Assembly (NCBI RefSeq): GCF_964194025.1
Contig: NW_027450122.1
Span: forward strand, 1 to 64,000
Source: Convolutriloba macropyga
Taxonomy: Eukaryota
Reading direction: 5' to 3'
DNA: 64,000 nucleotides
The position numbers were made by a program, and so were the translations under genes. Of the stretch, positions 24,101 to 36,280 are shown one piece after another. Position 1 is the first letter of the stretch, and the number at the start of each line of letters is the position of its first letter. The notes below the pieces were generated by a model. The model saw nothing but the letters and a program-made list of their open reading frames with translations. It made no database searches and was not told where the DNA came from.

Positions 24101-27100
24101 TTGAACTAGCTTGAGTTAGCTTGAGTTAGCTTGAGTTAGCTTGAGTTAGCTTGAGTTAGCTTGAGTTAGCTTGTCTTAGCTTTAGCTAGCTTGAGTTAGC
24201 TTGAACTAGCTTTAGCTACCTTGAGTTAGCTTGAGTTAGCTCGGGTTAGCTTGAGTTAGCTTGAGTTAGCTTGAGTTAGCTTTAGCTAGCTTGAGTTAGC
24301 TTGAGTTAGCTTGAGTTAGCTTGAGTTAGCTTGAATTAGCTTGAGTTAGCTTGAGTTAGCTTTAGCTAGCTTGGGTTAGCTTGAGCTAGCTTGAGTTAGC
24401 TCGGGTTAGCTTGAGTTAGCTTGAGTTAGCTTTAGCTAGCTTGAGTTAGCTTGAGTTAGCTTGAGTTAGCTTGAGTTAGCTTTAGCTAGCTTGAGTTAGC
24501 TTGAACTAGCTTGAGTTAGCTTGAGCTAGCTTGAGTTAGCTTGAGTTAGCTTGAGTTAGCTTTAGCTAGCTTGAGTTAGCTTGAACTAGCTTGAGTTAGC
24601 TTGAGTTAGCTTGAGTTAGCTTGTCTTAGCTTTAGCTAGCTTGAGCTAGCTTGAACTAGCTTTAGCTACCTTGAGTTAGCTTGAGTTAGCTCGGGTTAGC
24701 TTGAGTTAGCTTGAGTTAGCTTGAGTTAGCTTTAGCTAGCTTGAGTTAGCTTGAGTTAGCTTGAGTTAGCTTGAACTAGCTTGAGTTAGCTTGAGTTAGC
24801 TTTAGCTAGCTTGAGTTAGCTTGAGTTAGCTTGAGTTAGCTTGAACTAGCTTGAGTTAGCTTGTCTTAGCTTTAGCTAGCTTGAGTTAGCTTGAACTAGC
24901 TTTAGCTACCTTGAGTTAGCTTGAGTTAGCTCGGGTTAGCTTGAGTTAGCTTGAGTTAGCTTGAGTTAGCTTTAGCTAGCTTGAGTTAGCTTGAGTTAGC
25001 TTGAGTTAGCTTGAGTTAGCTTGAATTAGCTTGAGTTAGCTTGAGTTAGCTTTAGCTAGCTTGGGTTAGCTTGAGCTAGCTTGAGTTAGCTCGGGTTAGC
25101 TTGAGTTAGCTTGAGTTAGCTTTAGCTAGCTTGAGTTAGCTTGAGTTAGCTTGAGTTAGCTTGAGTTAGCTTTAGCTAGCTTGAGTTAGCTTGAACTAGC
25201 TTGAGTTAGCTTGAGCTAGCTTGAGTTAGCTTGAGTTAGCTTGAGTTAGCTTTAGCTAGCTTGAGTTAGCTTGAACTAGCTTTAGTTAGCTTGAGTTAGC
25301 TTGAGTTAGCTTGAGTTAGCTTGAGTTAGCTTGTCTTAGCTTTAGCTAGCTTGAGTTAGCTTGAACTAGCTTTAGCTACCTTGAGTTAGCTTGAGTTAGC
25401 TCGGGTTAGCTTGAGTTAGCTTGAGTTAGCTTGAGTTAGCTTTAGCTAGCTTGAGTTAGCTTGAGTTAGCTTGAGTTAGCTTGAATTAGCTTGAGTTAGC
25501 TTGAGTTAGCTTGAGTTAGCTTGAGTTAGCTTGAGTTAGCTTGAGTTAGCTTGTCTTAGCTTTAGCTAGCTTGAGTTAGCTTGAACTAGCTTTAGCTACC
25601 TTGAGTTAGCTTGAGTTAGCTCGGGTTAGCTTGAGTTAGCTTGAGTTAGCTTGAGTTAGCTTTAGCTAGCTTGAGTTAGCTTGAGTTAGCTTGAGTTAGC
25701 TTGAGTTAGCTTGAATTAGCTTGAGTTAGCTTGAGTTAGCTTTAGCTAGCTTGGGTTAGCTTGAGCTAGCTTGAGTTAGCTCGGGTTAGCTTGAGTTAGC
25801 TTGAGTTAGCTTTAGCTAGCTTGAGTTAGCTTGAGTTAGCTTGAGTTAGCTTGAGTTAGCTTTAGCTAGCTTGAGTTAGCTTGAACTAGCTTGAGTTAGC
25901 TTGAGCTAGCTTGAGTTAGCTTGAGTTAGCTTGAGTTAGCTTTAGCTAGCTTGAGTTAGCTTGAACTAGCTTGAGTTAGCTTGAGTTAGCTTGAGTTAGC
26001 TTGAGTTAGCTTGAGTTAGCTTGTCTTAGCTTTAGCTAGCTTGAGTTAGCTTGAACTAGCTTTAGCTACCTTGAGTTAGCTTGAGTTAGCTCGGGTTAGC
26101 TTGAGTTAGCTTGAGTTAGCTTGAGTTAGCTTTAGCTAGCTTGAGTTAGCTTGAGTTAGCTTGAGTTAGCTTGAACTAGCTTGAGTTAGCTTGAGTTAGC
26201 TTGAGTTAGCTTGAGTTAGCTTGAGTTAGCTTGTCTTAGCTTTAGCTAGCTTGAGTTAGCTTGAACTAGCTTTAGCTACCTTCAGTTAGCTTGAGTTAGC
26301 TCGGGTTAGCTTGAGTTAGCTTGAGTTAGCTTGAGTTAGCTTTAGCTAGCTTGAGTTAGCTTGAGTTAGCTTGAGTTAGCTTGAGTTAGCTTGAATTAGC
26401 TTGAGTTAGCTTGAGTTAGCTTTAGCTAGCTTGGGTTAGCTTGAGCTAGCTTGAGTTAGCTCGGGTTAGCTTGAGTTAGCTTGAGTTAGCTTTAGCTAGC
26501 TTGAGTTAGCTTGAGTTAGCTTGAGTTAGCTTGAGTTAGCTTTAGCTAGCTTGAGTTAGCTTGAACTAGCTTGAGTTAGCTTGAGCTAGCTTGAGTTAGC
26601 TTGAGTTAGCTTTAGCTAGCTTGAGTTAGCTTGAACTAGCTTGAGTTAGCTTGAGTTAGCTTGAGTTAGCTTGTCTTAGCTTTAGCTAGCTTGAGCTAGC
26701 TTGAACTAGCTTTAGCTACCTTGAGTTAGCTTGAGTTAGCTCGGGTTAGCTTGAGTTAGCTTGAGTTAGCTTGAGTTAGCTTTAGCTAGCTTGAGTTAGC
26801 TTGAGTTAGCTTGAGTTAGCTTGAACTAGCTTGAGTTAGCTTGAGTTAGCTTGAGTTAGCTTGAGTTAGCTTGAGTTAGCTTGTCTTAGCTTTAGCTAGC
26901 TTGAGTTAGCTTGAACTAGCTTTAGCTACCTTGAGTTAGCTTGAGTTAGCTCGGGTTAGCTTGAGTTAGCTTGAGTTAGCTTGAGTTAGCTTTAGCTAGC
27001 TTGAGTTAGCTTGAGTTAGCTTGAGTTAGCTTGAGTTAGCTTGAATTAGCTTGAGTTAGCTTGAGTTAGCTTTAGCTAGCTTGGGTTAGCTTGAGCTAGC

Positions 27101-30100
27101 TTGAGTTAGCTCGGGTTAGCTTGAGTTAGCTTGAGTTAGCTTTAGCTAGCTTGAGTTAGCTTGAGTTAGCTTGAGTTAGCTTGAGTTAGCTTTAGCTAGC
27201 TTGAGTTAGCTTGAACTAGCTTGAGTTAGCTTGAGCTAGCTTGAGTTAGCTTGAGTTAGCTTGAGTTAGCTTTAGCTAGCTTGAGTTAGCTTGAACTAGC
27301 TTGAGTTAGCTTGAGCTAGCTTGAGTTAGCTTGAGTTAGCTTGAGTTAGCTTTAGCTAGCTTGAGTTAGCTTGAACTAGCTTGAGTTAGCTTGAGTTAGC
27401 TTGAGTTAGCTTGAGTTAGCTTGTCTTAGCTTTAGCTAGCTTGAGCTAGCTTGAACTAGCTTTAGCTACCTTGAGTTAGCTTGAGTTAGCTCGGGTTAGC
27501 TTGAGTTAGCTTGAGTTAGCTTGAGTTAGCTTGAGCTAGCTTGAGTTAGCTTGAGTTAGCTTGAGTTAGCTTTAGCTAGCTTGAGTTAGCTTGAACTAGC
27601 TTGAGTTAGCTTGAGCTAGCTTGAGTTAGCTTGAGTTAGCTTGAGTTAGCTTTAGCTAGCTTGAGTTAGCTTGAACTAGCTTGAGTTAGCTTGAGTTAGC
27701 TTGAGTTAGCTTGAGTTAGCTTGTCTTAGCTTTAGCTAGCTTGAGCTAGCTTGAACTAGCTTTAGCTACCTTGAGTTAGCTTGAGTTAGCTCGGGTTAGC
27801 TTGAGTTAGCTTGAGTTAGCTTGAGTTAGCTTTAGCTAGCTTGAGTTAGCTTGAGTTAGCTTGAGTTAGCTTGAACTAGCTTGAGTTAGCTTGAGTTAGC
27901 TTGAGTTAGCTTGAGTTAGCTTGAGTTAGCTTGAGTTAGCTTGTCTTAGCTTTAGCTAGCTTGAGTTAGCTTGAACTAGCTTTAGCTACCTTGAGTTAGC
28001 TTGAGTTAGCTCGGGTTAGCTTGAGTTAGCTTGAGTTAGCTTGAGTTAGCTTTAGCTAGCTTGAGTTAGCTTGAGTTAGCTTGAGTTAGCTTGAGTTAGC
28101 TTGAATTAGCTTGAGTTAGCTTGAGTTAGCTTTAGCTAGCTTGGGTTAGCTTGAGCTAGCTTGAGTTAGCTCGGGTTAGCTTGAGTTAGCTTGAGTTAGC
28201 TTTAGCTAGCTTGAGTTAGCTTGAGTTAGCTTGAGTTAGCTTGAGTTAGCTTTAGCTAGCTTGAGTTAGCTTGAACTAGCTTGAGTTAGCTTGAGCTAGC
28301 TTGAGTTAGCTTGAGTTAGCTTGAGTTAGCTTTAGCTAGCTTGAGTTAGCTTGAACTAGCTTTAGTTAGCTTGAGTTAGCTTGAGTTAGCTTGAGTTAGC
28401 TTGAGTTAGCTTGTCTTAGCTTTAGCTAGCTTGAGTTAGCTTGAACTAGCTTTAGCTACCTTGAGTTAGCTTGAGTTAGCTCGGGTTAGCTTGAGTTAGC
28501 TTGAGTTAGCTTGAGTTAGCTTTAGCTAGCTTGAGTTAGCTTGAGTTAGCTTGAGTTAGCTTGAGTTAGCTTGAATTAGCTTGAGTTAGCTTGAGTTAGC
28601 TTTAGCTAGCTTGGGTTAGCTTGAGCTAGCTTGAGTTAGCTCGGGTTAGCTTGAGTTAGCTTGAGTTAGCTTTAGCTAGCTTGAGTTAGCTTGAGTTAGC
28701 TTGAGTTAGCTTTAGTTAGCTTTAGCTAGCTTGAGTTAGCTTGAACTAGCTTGAGTTAGCTTGAGCTAGCTTGAGTTAGCTTGAGTTAGCTTGAGTTAGC
28801 TTTAGCTAGCTTGAGTTAGCTTGAACTAGCTTGAGTTAGCTTGAGCTAGCTTGAGTTAGCTTGAGTTAGCTTGAGTTAGCTTTAGCTAGCTTGAGTTAGC
28901 TTGAACTAGCTTGAGTTAGCTTGAGTTAGCTTGAGTTAGCTTGAGTTAGCTTGTCTTAGCTTTAGCTAGCTTGAGCTAGCTTGAACTAGCTTTAGCTACC
29001 TTGAGTTAGCTTGAGTTAGCTCGGGTTAGCTTGAGTTAGCTTGAGTTAGCTTGAGTTAGCTTTAGCTAGCTTGAGTTAGCTTGAGTTAGCTTGAGTTAGC
29101 TTGAACTAGCTTGAGTTAGCTTGAGTTAGCTTGAGTTAGCTTGAGTTAGCTTGAGTTAGCTTGAGTTAGCTTGTCTTAGCTTTAGCTAGCTTGAGTTAGC
29201 TTGAACTAGCTTTAGCTACCTTGAGTTAGCTTGAGTTAGCTCGGGTTAGCTTGAGTTAGCTTGAGTTAGCTTGAGTTAGCTTTAGCTAGCTTGAGTTAGC
29301 TTGAGTTAGCTTGAGTTAGCTTGAGTTAGCTTGAATTAGCTTGAGTTAGCTTGAGTTAGCTTTAGCTAGCTTGGGTTAGCTTGAGCTAGCTTGAGTTAGC
29401 TCGGGTTAGCTTGAGTTAGCTTGAGTTAGCTTTAGCTAGCTTGAGTTAGCTTGAGTTAGCTTGAGTTAGCTTTAGCTAGCTTGAGTTAGCTTGAACTAGC
29501 TTGAGTTAGCTTGAGCTAGCTTGAGTTAGCTTGAGTTAGCTTGAGTTAGCTTTAGCTAGCTTGAGTTAGCTTGAACTAGCTTTAGTTAGCTTGAGTTAGC
29601 TTGAGTTAGCTTGAGTTAGCTTGAGTTAGCTTGTCTTAGCTTTAGCTAGCTTGAGTTAGCTTGAACTAGCTTTAGCTACCTTGAGTTAGCTTGAGTTAGC
29701 TCGGGTTAGCTTGAGTTAGCTTGAGTTAGCTTGAGTTAGCTTTAGCTAGCTTGAGTTAGCTTGAGTTAGCTTGAGTTAGCTTGAACTAGCTTGAGTTAGC
29801 TTGAGTTAGCTTGAGTTAGCTTGAGTTAGCTTGAGTTAGCTTGAGTTAGCTTGTCTTAGCTTTAGCTAGCTTGAGTTAGCTTGAACTAGCTTTAGCTACC
29901 TTGAGTTAGCTTGAGTTAGCTCGGGTTAGCTTGAGTTAGCTTGAGTTAGCTTGAGTTAGCTTTAGCTAGCTTGAGTTAGCTTGAGTTAGCTTGAGTTAGC
30001 TTGAGTTAGCTTGAATTAGCTTGAGTTAGCTTGAGTTAGCTTTAGCTAGCTTGGGTTAGCTTGAGCTAGCTTGAGTTAGCTCGGGTTAGCTTGAGTTAGC

Positions 30101-33100
30101 TTGAGTTAGCTTTAGCTAGCTTGAGTTAGCTTGAGTTAGCTTGAGTTAGCTTGAGTTAGCTTTAGCTAGCTTGAGTTAGCTTGAACTAGCTTGAGTTAGC
30201 TTGAGCTAGCTTGAGTTAGCTTGAGTTAGCTTGAGTTAGCTTTGGCTAGCTTGAGTTAGCTTGAACTAGCTTGAGTTAGCTTGAGTTAGCTTGAGTTAGC
30301 TTGTCTTAGCTTTAGCTAGCTTGAGCTAGCTTGAACTAGCTTTAGCTACCTTGAGTTAGCTTGAGTTAGCTCGGGTTAGCTTGAGTTAGCTTGAGTTAGC
30401 TTGAGTTAGCTTTAGCTAGCTTGAGTTAGCTTGAGTTAGCTTGAGTTAGCTTGAACTAGCTTGAGTTAGCTTGAGTTAGCTTGAGTTAGCTTGAGTTAGC
30501 TTGAGTTAGCTTGTCTTAGCTTTAGCTAGCTTGAGTTAGCTTGAACTAGCTTTAGCTACCTTGAGTTAGCTTGAGTTAGCTCGGGTTAGCTTGAGTTAGC
30601 TTGAGTTAGCTTGAGTTAGCTTTAGCTAGCTTGAGTTAGCTTGAGTTAGCTTGAGTTAGCTTGAGTTAGCTTGAATTAGCTTGAGTTAGCTTGAGTTAGC
30701 TTTAGCTAGCTTGGGTTAGCTTGAGCTAGCTTGAGTTAGCTCGGGTTAGCTTGAGTTAGCTTGAGTTAGCTTTAGCTAGCTTGAGTTAGCTTGAGTTAGC
30801 TTGAGTTAGCTTGAGTTAGCTTTAGCTAGCTTGAGTTAGCTTGAACTAGCTTGAGTTAGCTTGAGCTAGCTTGAGTTAGCTTGAGTTAGCTTGAGTTAGC
30901 TTTAGCTAGCTTGAGTTAGCTTGAACTAGCTTGAGTTAGCTTGAGTTAGCTTGAGTTAGCTTGAGTTAGCTTGTCTTAGCTTTAGCTAGCTTGAGCTAGC
31001 TTGAACTAGCTTTAGCTACCTTGAGTTAGCTTGAGTTAGCTCGGGTTAGCTTGAGTTAGCTTGAGTTAGCTTGAGTTAGCTTTAGCTAGCTTGAGTTAGC
31101 TTGAGTTAGCTTGAGTTAGCTTGAACTAGCTTGAGTTAGCTTGAGTTAGCTTGAGTTAGCTTGAGTTAGCTTGAGTTAGCTTGTGTTAGCTTTAGCTAGC
31201 TTGAGTTAGCTTGAACTAGCTTTAGCTACCTTGAGTTAGCTTGAGTTAGCTCGGGTTAGCTTGAGTTAGCTTGAGTTAGCTTGAGTTAGCTTTAGCTAGC
31301 TTGAGTTAGCTTGAGTTAGCTTGAGTTAGCTTGAGTTAGCTTGAATTAGCTTGAGTTAGCTTGAGTTAGCTTTAGCTAGCTTGGGTTAGCTTGAGCTAGC
31401 TTGAGTTAGCTCGGGTTAGCTTGAGTTAGCTTGAGTTAGCTTTAGCTAGCTTGAGTTAGCTTGAGTTAGCTTGAGTTAGCTTGAGTTAGCTTTAGCTAGC
31501 TTGAGTTAGCTTGAACTAGCTTGAGTTAGCTTGAGCTAGCTTGAGTTAGCTTGAGTTAGCTTGAGTTAGCTTTAGCTAGCTTGAGTTAGCTTGAACTAGC
31601 TTTAGTTAGCTTGAGTTAGCTTGAGTTAGCTTGAGTTAGCTTGAGTTAGCTTGTCTTAGCTTTAGCTAGCTTGAGTTAGCTTGAACTAGCTTTAGCTACC
31701 TTGAGTTAGCTTGAGTTAGCTCGGGTTAGCTTGAGTTAGCTTGAGTTAGCTTGAGTTAGCTTTAGCTAGCTTGAGTTAGCTTGAGTTAGCTTGAGTTAGC
31801 TTGAACTAGCTTGAGTTAGCTTGAGTTAGCTTGAGTTAGCTTGAGTTAGCTTGAGTTAGCTTGAGTTAGCTTGTCTTAGCTTTAGCTAGCTTGAGTTAGC
31901 TTGAACTAGCTTTAGCTACCTTGAGTTAGCTTGAGTTAGCTCGGGTTAGCTTGAGTTAGCTTGAGTTAGCTTGAGTTAGCTTTAGCTAGCTTGAGTTAGC
32001 TTGAGTTAGCTTGAGTTAGCTTGAGTTAGCTTGAATTAGCTTGAGTTAGCTTGAGTTAGCTTTAGCTAGCTTGGGTTAGCTTGAGCTAGCTTGAGTTAGC
32101 TCGGGTTAGCTTGAGTTAGCTTGAGTTAGCTTTAGCTAGCTTGAGTTAGCTTGAGTTAGCTTGAGTTAGCTTGAGTTAGCTTTAGCTAGCTTGAGTTAAC
32201 TTGAACTAGCTTGAGTTAGCTTGAGCTAGCTTGAGTTAGCTTGAGTTAGCTTGAGTTAGCTTTAGCTAGCTTGAGTTAGCTTGAACTAGCTTGAGTTAGC
32301 TTGAGTTAGCTTGAGTTAGCTTGTCTTAGCTTTAGCTAGCTTGAGCTAGCTTGAACTAGCTTTAGCTACCTTGAGTTAGCTTGAGTTAGCTCGGGTTAGC
32401 TTGAGTTAGCTTGAGTTAGCTTGAGTTAGCTTTAGCTAGCTTGAGTTAGCTTGAGTTAGCTTGAGTTAGCTTGAACTAGCTTGAGTTAGCTTGAGTTAGC
32501 TTGAGTTAGCTTGAGTTAGCTTGAGTTAGCTTGTCTTAGCTTTAGCTAGCTTGAGTTAGCTTGAACTAGCTTTAGCTACCTTGAGTTAGCTTGAGTTAGC
32601 TCGGGTTAGCTTGAGTTAGCTTGAGTTAGCTTGAGTTAGCTTTAGCTAGCTTGAGTTAGCTTGAGTTAGCTTGAGTTAGCTTGAGTTAGCTTGAATTAGC
32701 TTGAGTTAGCTTGAGTTAGCTTTAGCTAGCTTGGGTTAGCTTGAGCTAGCTTGAGTTAGCTCGGGTTAGCTTGAGTTAGCTTGAGTTAGCTTTAGCTAGC
32801 TTGAGTTAGCTTGAGTTAGCTTGAGTTAGCTTGAGTTAGCTTTAGCTAGCTTGAGTTAGCTTGAACTAGCTTGAGTTAGCTTGAGCTAGCTTGAGTTAGC
32901 TTGAGTTAGCTTGAGTTAGCTTTAGCTAGCTTGAGTTAGCTTGAACTAGCTTTAGTTAGCTTGAGTTAGCTTGAGTTAGCTTGAGTTAGCTTGAGTTAGC
33001 TTGTCTTAGCTTTAGCTAGCTTGAGTTAGCTTGAACTAGCTTTAGCTACCTTGAGTTAGCTTGAGTTAGCTCGGGTTAGCTTGAGTTAGCTTGAGTTAGC

Positions 33101-36100
33101 TTGAGTTAGCTTTAGCTAGCTTGAGTTAGCTTGAGTTAGCTTGAGTTAGCTTGAACTAGCTTGAGTTAGCTTTAGCTAGCTTGAGTTAGCTTGAACTAGC
33201 TTTAGCTACCTTGAGTTAGCTTGAGTTAGCTCGGGTTAGCTTGAGTTAGCTTGAGTTAGCTTGAGTTAGCTTTAGCTAGCTTGAGTTAGCTTGAGTTAGC
33301 TTGAGTTAGCTTGAACTAGCTTGAGTTAGCTTGAGTTAGCTTGAATTAGCTTGAGTTAGCTTGAGTTAGCTTTAGCTAGCTTGGGTTAGCTTGAGCTAGC
33401 TTGAGTTAGCTCGGGTTAGCTTGAGTTAGCTTGAGTTAGCTTTAGCTAGCTTGAGTTAGCTTGAGTTAGCTTGAGTTAGCTTGAGTTAGCTTTAGCTAGC
33501 TTGAGTTAGCTTGAACTAGCTTGAGTTAGCTTGAGCTAGCTTGAGTTAGCTTGAGTTAGCTTGAGTTAGCTTTAGCTAGCTTGAGTTAGCTTGAACTAGC
33601 TTTAGTTAGCTTGAGTTAGCTTGAGTTAGCTTGAGTTAGCTTGAGTTAGCTTGTCTTAGCTTTAGCTAGCTTGAGTTAGCTTGAACTAGCTTTAGCTACC
33701 TTGAGTTAGCTTGAGTTAGCTCGGGTTAGCTTGAGTTAGCTTGAGTTAGCTTGAGTTAGCTTTAGCTAGCTTGAGTTAGCTTGAGTTAGCTTGAGTTAGC
33801 TTGAACTAGCTTGAGTTAGCTTGAGTTAGCTTGAGTTAGCTTGAGTTAGCTTGAGTTAGCTTGAGTTAGCTTGTCTTAGCTTTAGCTAGCTTGAGTTAGC
33901 TTGAACTAGCTTTAGCTACCTTGAGTTAGCTTGAGTTAGCTCGGGTTAGCTTGAGTTAGCTTGAGTTAGCTTGAGTTAGCTTTAGCTAGCTTGAGTTAGC
34001 TTGAGTTAGCTTGAGTTAGCTTGAGTTAGCTTGAATTAGCTTGAGTTAGCTTGAGTTAGCTTTAGCTAGCTTGGGTTAGCTTGAGCTAGCTTGAGTTAGC
34101 TCGGGTTAGCTTGAGTTAGCTTGAGTTAGCTTTAGCTAGCTTGAGTTAGCTTGAGTTAGCTTGAGTTAGCTTGAGTTAGCTTTAGCTAGCTTGAGTTAGC
34201 TTGAACTAGCTTGAGTTAGCTTGAGCTAGCTTGAGTTAGCTTGAGTTAGCTTGAGTTAGCTTTAGCTAGCTTGAGTTAGCTTGAACTAGCTTGAGTTAGC
34301 TTGAGTTAGCTTGAGTTAGCTTGTCTTAGCTTTAGCTAGCTTGAGCTAGCTTGAACTAGCTTTAGCTACCTTGAGTTAGCTTGAGTTAGCTCGGGTTAGC
34401 TTGAGTTAGCTTGAGTTAGCTTGAGTTAGCTTTAGCTAGCTTGAGTTAGCTTGAGTTAGCTTGAGTTAGCTTGAACTAGCTTGAGTTAGCTTGAGTTAGC
34501 TTTAGCTAGCTTGAGTTAGCTTGAGTTAGCTTGAGTTAGCTTGAACTAGCTTGAGTTAGCTTGTCTTAGCTTTAGCTAGCTTGAGTTAGCTTGAACTAGC
34601 TTTAGCTACCTTGAGTTAGCTTGAGTTAGCTCGGGTTAGCTTGAGTTAGCTTGAGTTAGCTTGAGTTAGCTTTAGCTAGCTTGAGTTAGCTTGAGTTAGC
34701 TTGAGTTAGCTTGAGTTAGCTTGAATTAGCTTGAGTTAGCTTGAGTTAGCTTTAGCTAGCTTGGGTTAGCTTGAGCTAGCTTGAATTAGCTCGGGTTAGC
34801 TTGAGTTAGCTTGAGTTAGCTTTAGCTAGCTTGAGTTAGCTTGAGTTAGCTTGAGTTAGCTTGAGTTAGCTTTAGCTAGCTTGAGTTAGCTTGAACTAGC
34901 TTGAGTTAGCTTGAGCTAGCTTGAGTTAGCTTGAGTTAGCTTGAGTTAGCTTTAGCTAGCTTGAGTTAGCTTGAACTAGCTTTAGTTAGCTTGAGTTAGC
35001 TTGAGTTAGCTTGAGTTAGCTTGAGTTAGCTTGTCTTAGCTTTAGCTAGCTTGAGTTAGCTTGAACTAGCTTTAGCTACCTTGAGTTAGCTTGAGTTAGC
35101 TCGGGTTAGCTTGAGTTAGCTTGAGTTAGCTTGAGTTAGCTTTAGCTAGCTTGAGTTAGCTTGAGTTAGCTTGAGTTAGCTTGAACTAGCTTGAGTTAGC
35201 TTGAGTTAGCTTGAGTTAGCTTGAGTTAGCTTGAGTTAGCTTGAGTTAGCTTGTCTTAGCTTTAGCTAGCTTGAGTTAGCTTGAACTAGCTTTAGCTACC
35301 TTGAGTTAGCTTGAGTTAGCTCGGGTTAGCTTGAGTTAGCTTGAGTTAGCTTGAGTTAGCTTTAGCTAGCTTGAGTTAGCTTGAGTTAGCTTGAGTTAGC
35401 TTGAGTTAGCTTGAATTAGCTTGAGTTAGCTTGAGTTAGCTTTAGCTAGCTTGGGTTAGCTTGAGCTAGCTTGAGTTAGCTCGGGTTAGCTTGAGTTAGC
35501 TTGAGTTAGCTTTAGCTAGCTTGAGTTAGCTTGAGTTAGCTTGAGTTAGCTTGAGTTAGCTTTAGCTAGCTTGAGTTAGCTTGAACTAGCTTGAGTTAGC
35601 TTGAGCTAGCTTGAGTTAGCTTGAGTTAGCTTGAGTTAGCTTTAGCTAGCTTGAGTTAGCTTGAACTAGCTTGAGTTAGCTTGAGTTAGCTTGAGTTAGC
35701 TTGAGTTAGCTTGAGTTAGCTTGTCTTAGCTTTAGCTAGCTTGAGTTAGCTTGAACTAGCTTTAGCTACCTTGAGTTAGCTTGAGTTAGCTCGGGTTAGC
35801 TTGAGTTAGCTTGAGTTAGCTTGAGTTAGCTTTAGCTAGCTTGAGTTAGCTTGAGTTAGCTTGAGTTAGCTTGAACTAGCTTGAGTTAGCTTGAGTTAGC
35901 TTGAGTTAGCTTGAGTTAGCTTGAGTTAGCTTGTCTTAGCTTTAGCTAGCTTGAGTTAGCTTGAACTAGCTTTAGCTACCTTCAGTTAGCTTGAGTTAGC
36001 TCGGGTTAGCTTGAGTTAGCTTGAGTTAGCTTGAGTTAGCTTTAGCTAGCTTGAGTTAGCTTGAGTTAGCTTGAGTTAGCTTGAGTTAGCTTGAATTAGC

Positions 36101-36280
36101 TTGAGTTAGCTTGAGTTAGCTTTAGCTAGCTTGGGTTAGCTTGAGCTAGCTTGAGTTAGCTCGGGTTAGCTTGAGTTAGCTTGAGTTAGCTTTAGCTAGC
36201 TTGAGTTAGCTTGAGTTAGCTTGAGTTAGCTTGAGTTAGCTTTAGCTAGCTTGAGTTAGCTTGAGCTAGCTGAGTTAGCT
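6198..36280 (+). repeat. 10-bp satellite (TTGAGTTAGC)n, ~3000 monomers with higher-order structure
   Basis: Uninterrupted 10-bp phase; recurring variants tttagctagc, ttgaactagc, ttgtcttagc, tttagctacc, tcgggttagc, ttgggttagc, ttgaattagc. Confidence 0.99.
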
